Source of the DNA: Rotaria sp.
Taxonomy: Eukaryota
NCBI GenBank assembly: GCA_905329745.1
Contig: CAJNSZ010000091.1
Span: 29,569 to 54,145 of the forward strand
Direction: 5' to 3'
DNA length: 24,577 bases
Shown: in pieces, positions 23,132 through 24,577 of the stretch
Position numbering within the stretch: position 1 is the first letter of the stretch
How the letters are laid out: the number at the start of each line of letters is the position of its first letter
Notes under the pieces: model-generated
Database searches by the model: none
The model's input: the letters and a program-made list of their open reading frames with translations, nothing else
What the model was told of the DNA's origin: nothing
Program-made: the position numbers and the translations under genes

Positions 23132-23210
23132 GAGTCCGTGAGGGTTTGTGTGTGGGTAAAAGTCTTCTGTCCTTCACTCACGCCTACTGAACACTAACGC
23201 ACACATATCC
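23132..23210. repeat. G-tract / C-tract inverted pair
   Basis: gagtccgtgagggtttgtgtgtgggt then cactcacgcctactgaacactaacgcacacatatccc. Confidence 0.4.
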
Positions 23211-24577
23211 CTTATATTCCTCTGAGTAATTTGACACTCTAAACACCTTACTGATATTTAATAACATCTTTATAATCGATTAACAAGATTAAAATCGATT
23301 CGGGATGAAAATCAGATTATAACGGGAATAATCAATAATAACCAGTGAACTATAGACTTTTTTTAATTGACTTAAAAAATTCAATAAATTTTGATCGGAT
23401 TATCCTGCAAATAGTGATGGCATTGCAAAAAAGAAGAGATTTGACCAACAATAACCAAAAATGATTGCGATTCTCTTAAAAATATTTTTCACTGAGATCA
23501 TCATAGCTATATAAAACATTTCATAACTTCTCAAGAAAAAATTCAGATTTTAAATGATTTTAATAGCTGATTTGCTGACATGATGTTGTATATTCACTTA
23601 TGTTTGTTAGCGCTAGCTTTTTTCATTTATTTTACCATACTTTTTGATTTTATTTTTGAATAATTTACATTCAAATTTTTTTTCTGTAATAGCTGACCTT
23701 TTCACTGACATTGAATTCATCGTAGATTTTTTCGCTGTATTACGGTCTCATCTGTTCCTCATAAATTTCACTACCTTATACTTGAATATCTATTATCAAT
23801 TTCTTGCTTTTGAAACGCTGATTAAGAGAAGTATACATATTCCACCAGAAAGGTGCTAATCATTTCAAAATTAATCATTTTTATTGAAAGATAAAGCAAC
23901 AGTAAAAATGCTGTGCACAGCATTTATTTATTTTTCTGTTCTTCTCATATTTTTGTTTCATTTTATTTCATTCTAACTAATCCATCATTGTAGAAACGTC
24001 GCTAAACTTAACTTCTTCCGACTCAATTTAAACATTCAAAATATAATTTCAGCAATTCTCAATTCAAATAAAAGAATAGTTTTTATTTATTCTCTTTTTT
24101 TTATTCATTCATGTATATCCAATCTTTCCCTTCCTTGCTCAGAAAAAAATTAATCATAATAAATAAATAACCACGTGATAGTGTAATAGATATGAGTGTT
24201 TATTAAAAAATGCTTAATATTAAATAGTTGTTTAGTGAGTAATTTTCAATCTTGACACGTCCTACTCGGAACATATCAGTTAGAATAAATAAGCAGCTGA
24301 ATATCTATAAAATAGCTATGAATATCTATTACACAGTGCTAATAATTATTAAATAGTACTAATGAATAAATAGATATTCATTTAGACATATGAACAATCA
24401 ATAACTAACAGAACCTTCAATAAAATGAACTACATCATTGCAAAACTCTCTTCACACATTTCTGTTCACTATTTTTATCAATTATCTCACTTCAAAATTG
24501 TATTTCTTGTAAGCATGAGCTGTCAGTATTCAAGAGAAAATTTCGAATATCTACGAATACTGATTAGATTATTGTGT

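Noticed and set aside
23081-23160. tRNA/SINE-like B-box string ggatttcgagtccg
   Set aside because: No A box at proper spacing and no cloverleaf that I could fold by eye; a tRNAscan-SE run would settle it.
1-24577. CRISPR array, prokaryotic defence or biosynthetic system
   Set aside because: Introns, domain content and gene structure are eukaryotic. No regularly spaced direct repeats or operon-like ORF arrays.

Overview
This is an AT-rich eukaryotic nuclear window with many very short (49-88 bp) GT-AG introns. The gene content and TGTGGG-type repeats point to a bdelloid rotifer; that assignment is inference. Gene models I could build by hand-splicing: (1) a complete 9-exon BBS5 (BBSome subunit) gene on the minus strand, 1109..3166; (2) a divergent small 3-exon Ser-rich protein of unknown function, 3334..3861; (3) a decayed 7TM receptor fragment, 5252..5638, ending at a TCGCCGA-motif inverted-repeat element, 5639..5807; (4) a probable decayed TRAF-type zinc finger gene, 6062..6469; (5) a minus-strand LDLa/EGF/7TM chimeric receptor, 8183..11482, in which two ORFs join through a 51-bp intron; (6) a minus-strand secreted PAN/Apple-like + GH128 (Asl1-like) glycosidase gene, 15004..18003, with a 1.9-kb intron and probable horizontal ancestry. 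The most striking non-coding signal is a (GGGTGT)n array followed about 40 bp later by a (CCCACA)n array at 12299..12567. These are bdelloid-type telomere hexamers in the G-then-C orientation expected of an end-to-end telomere fusion relic, or of a large hairpin/G4 element. Smaller G-tract/C-tract pairs recur through the window. The right-hand ~6 kb looks non-coding, with several short inverted-repeat elements.
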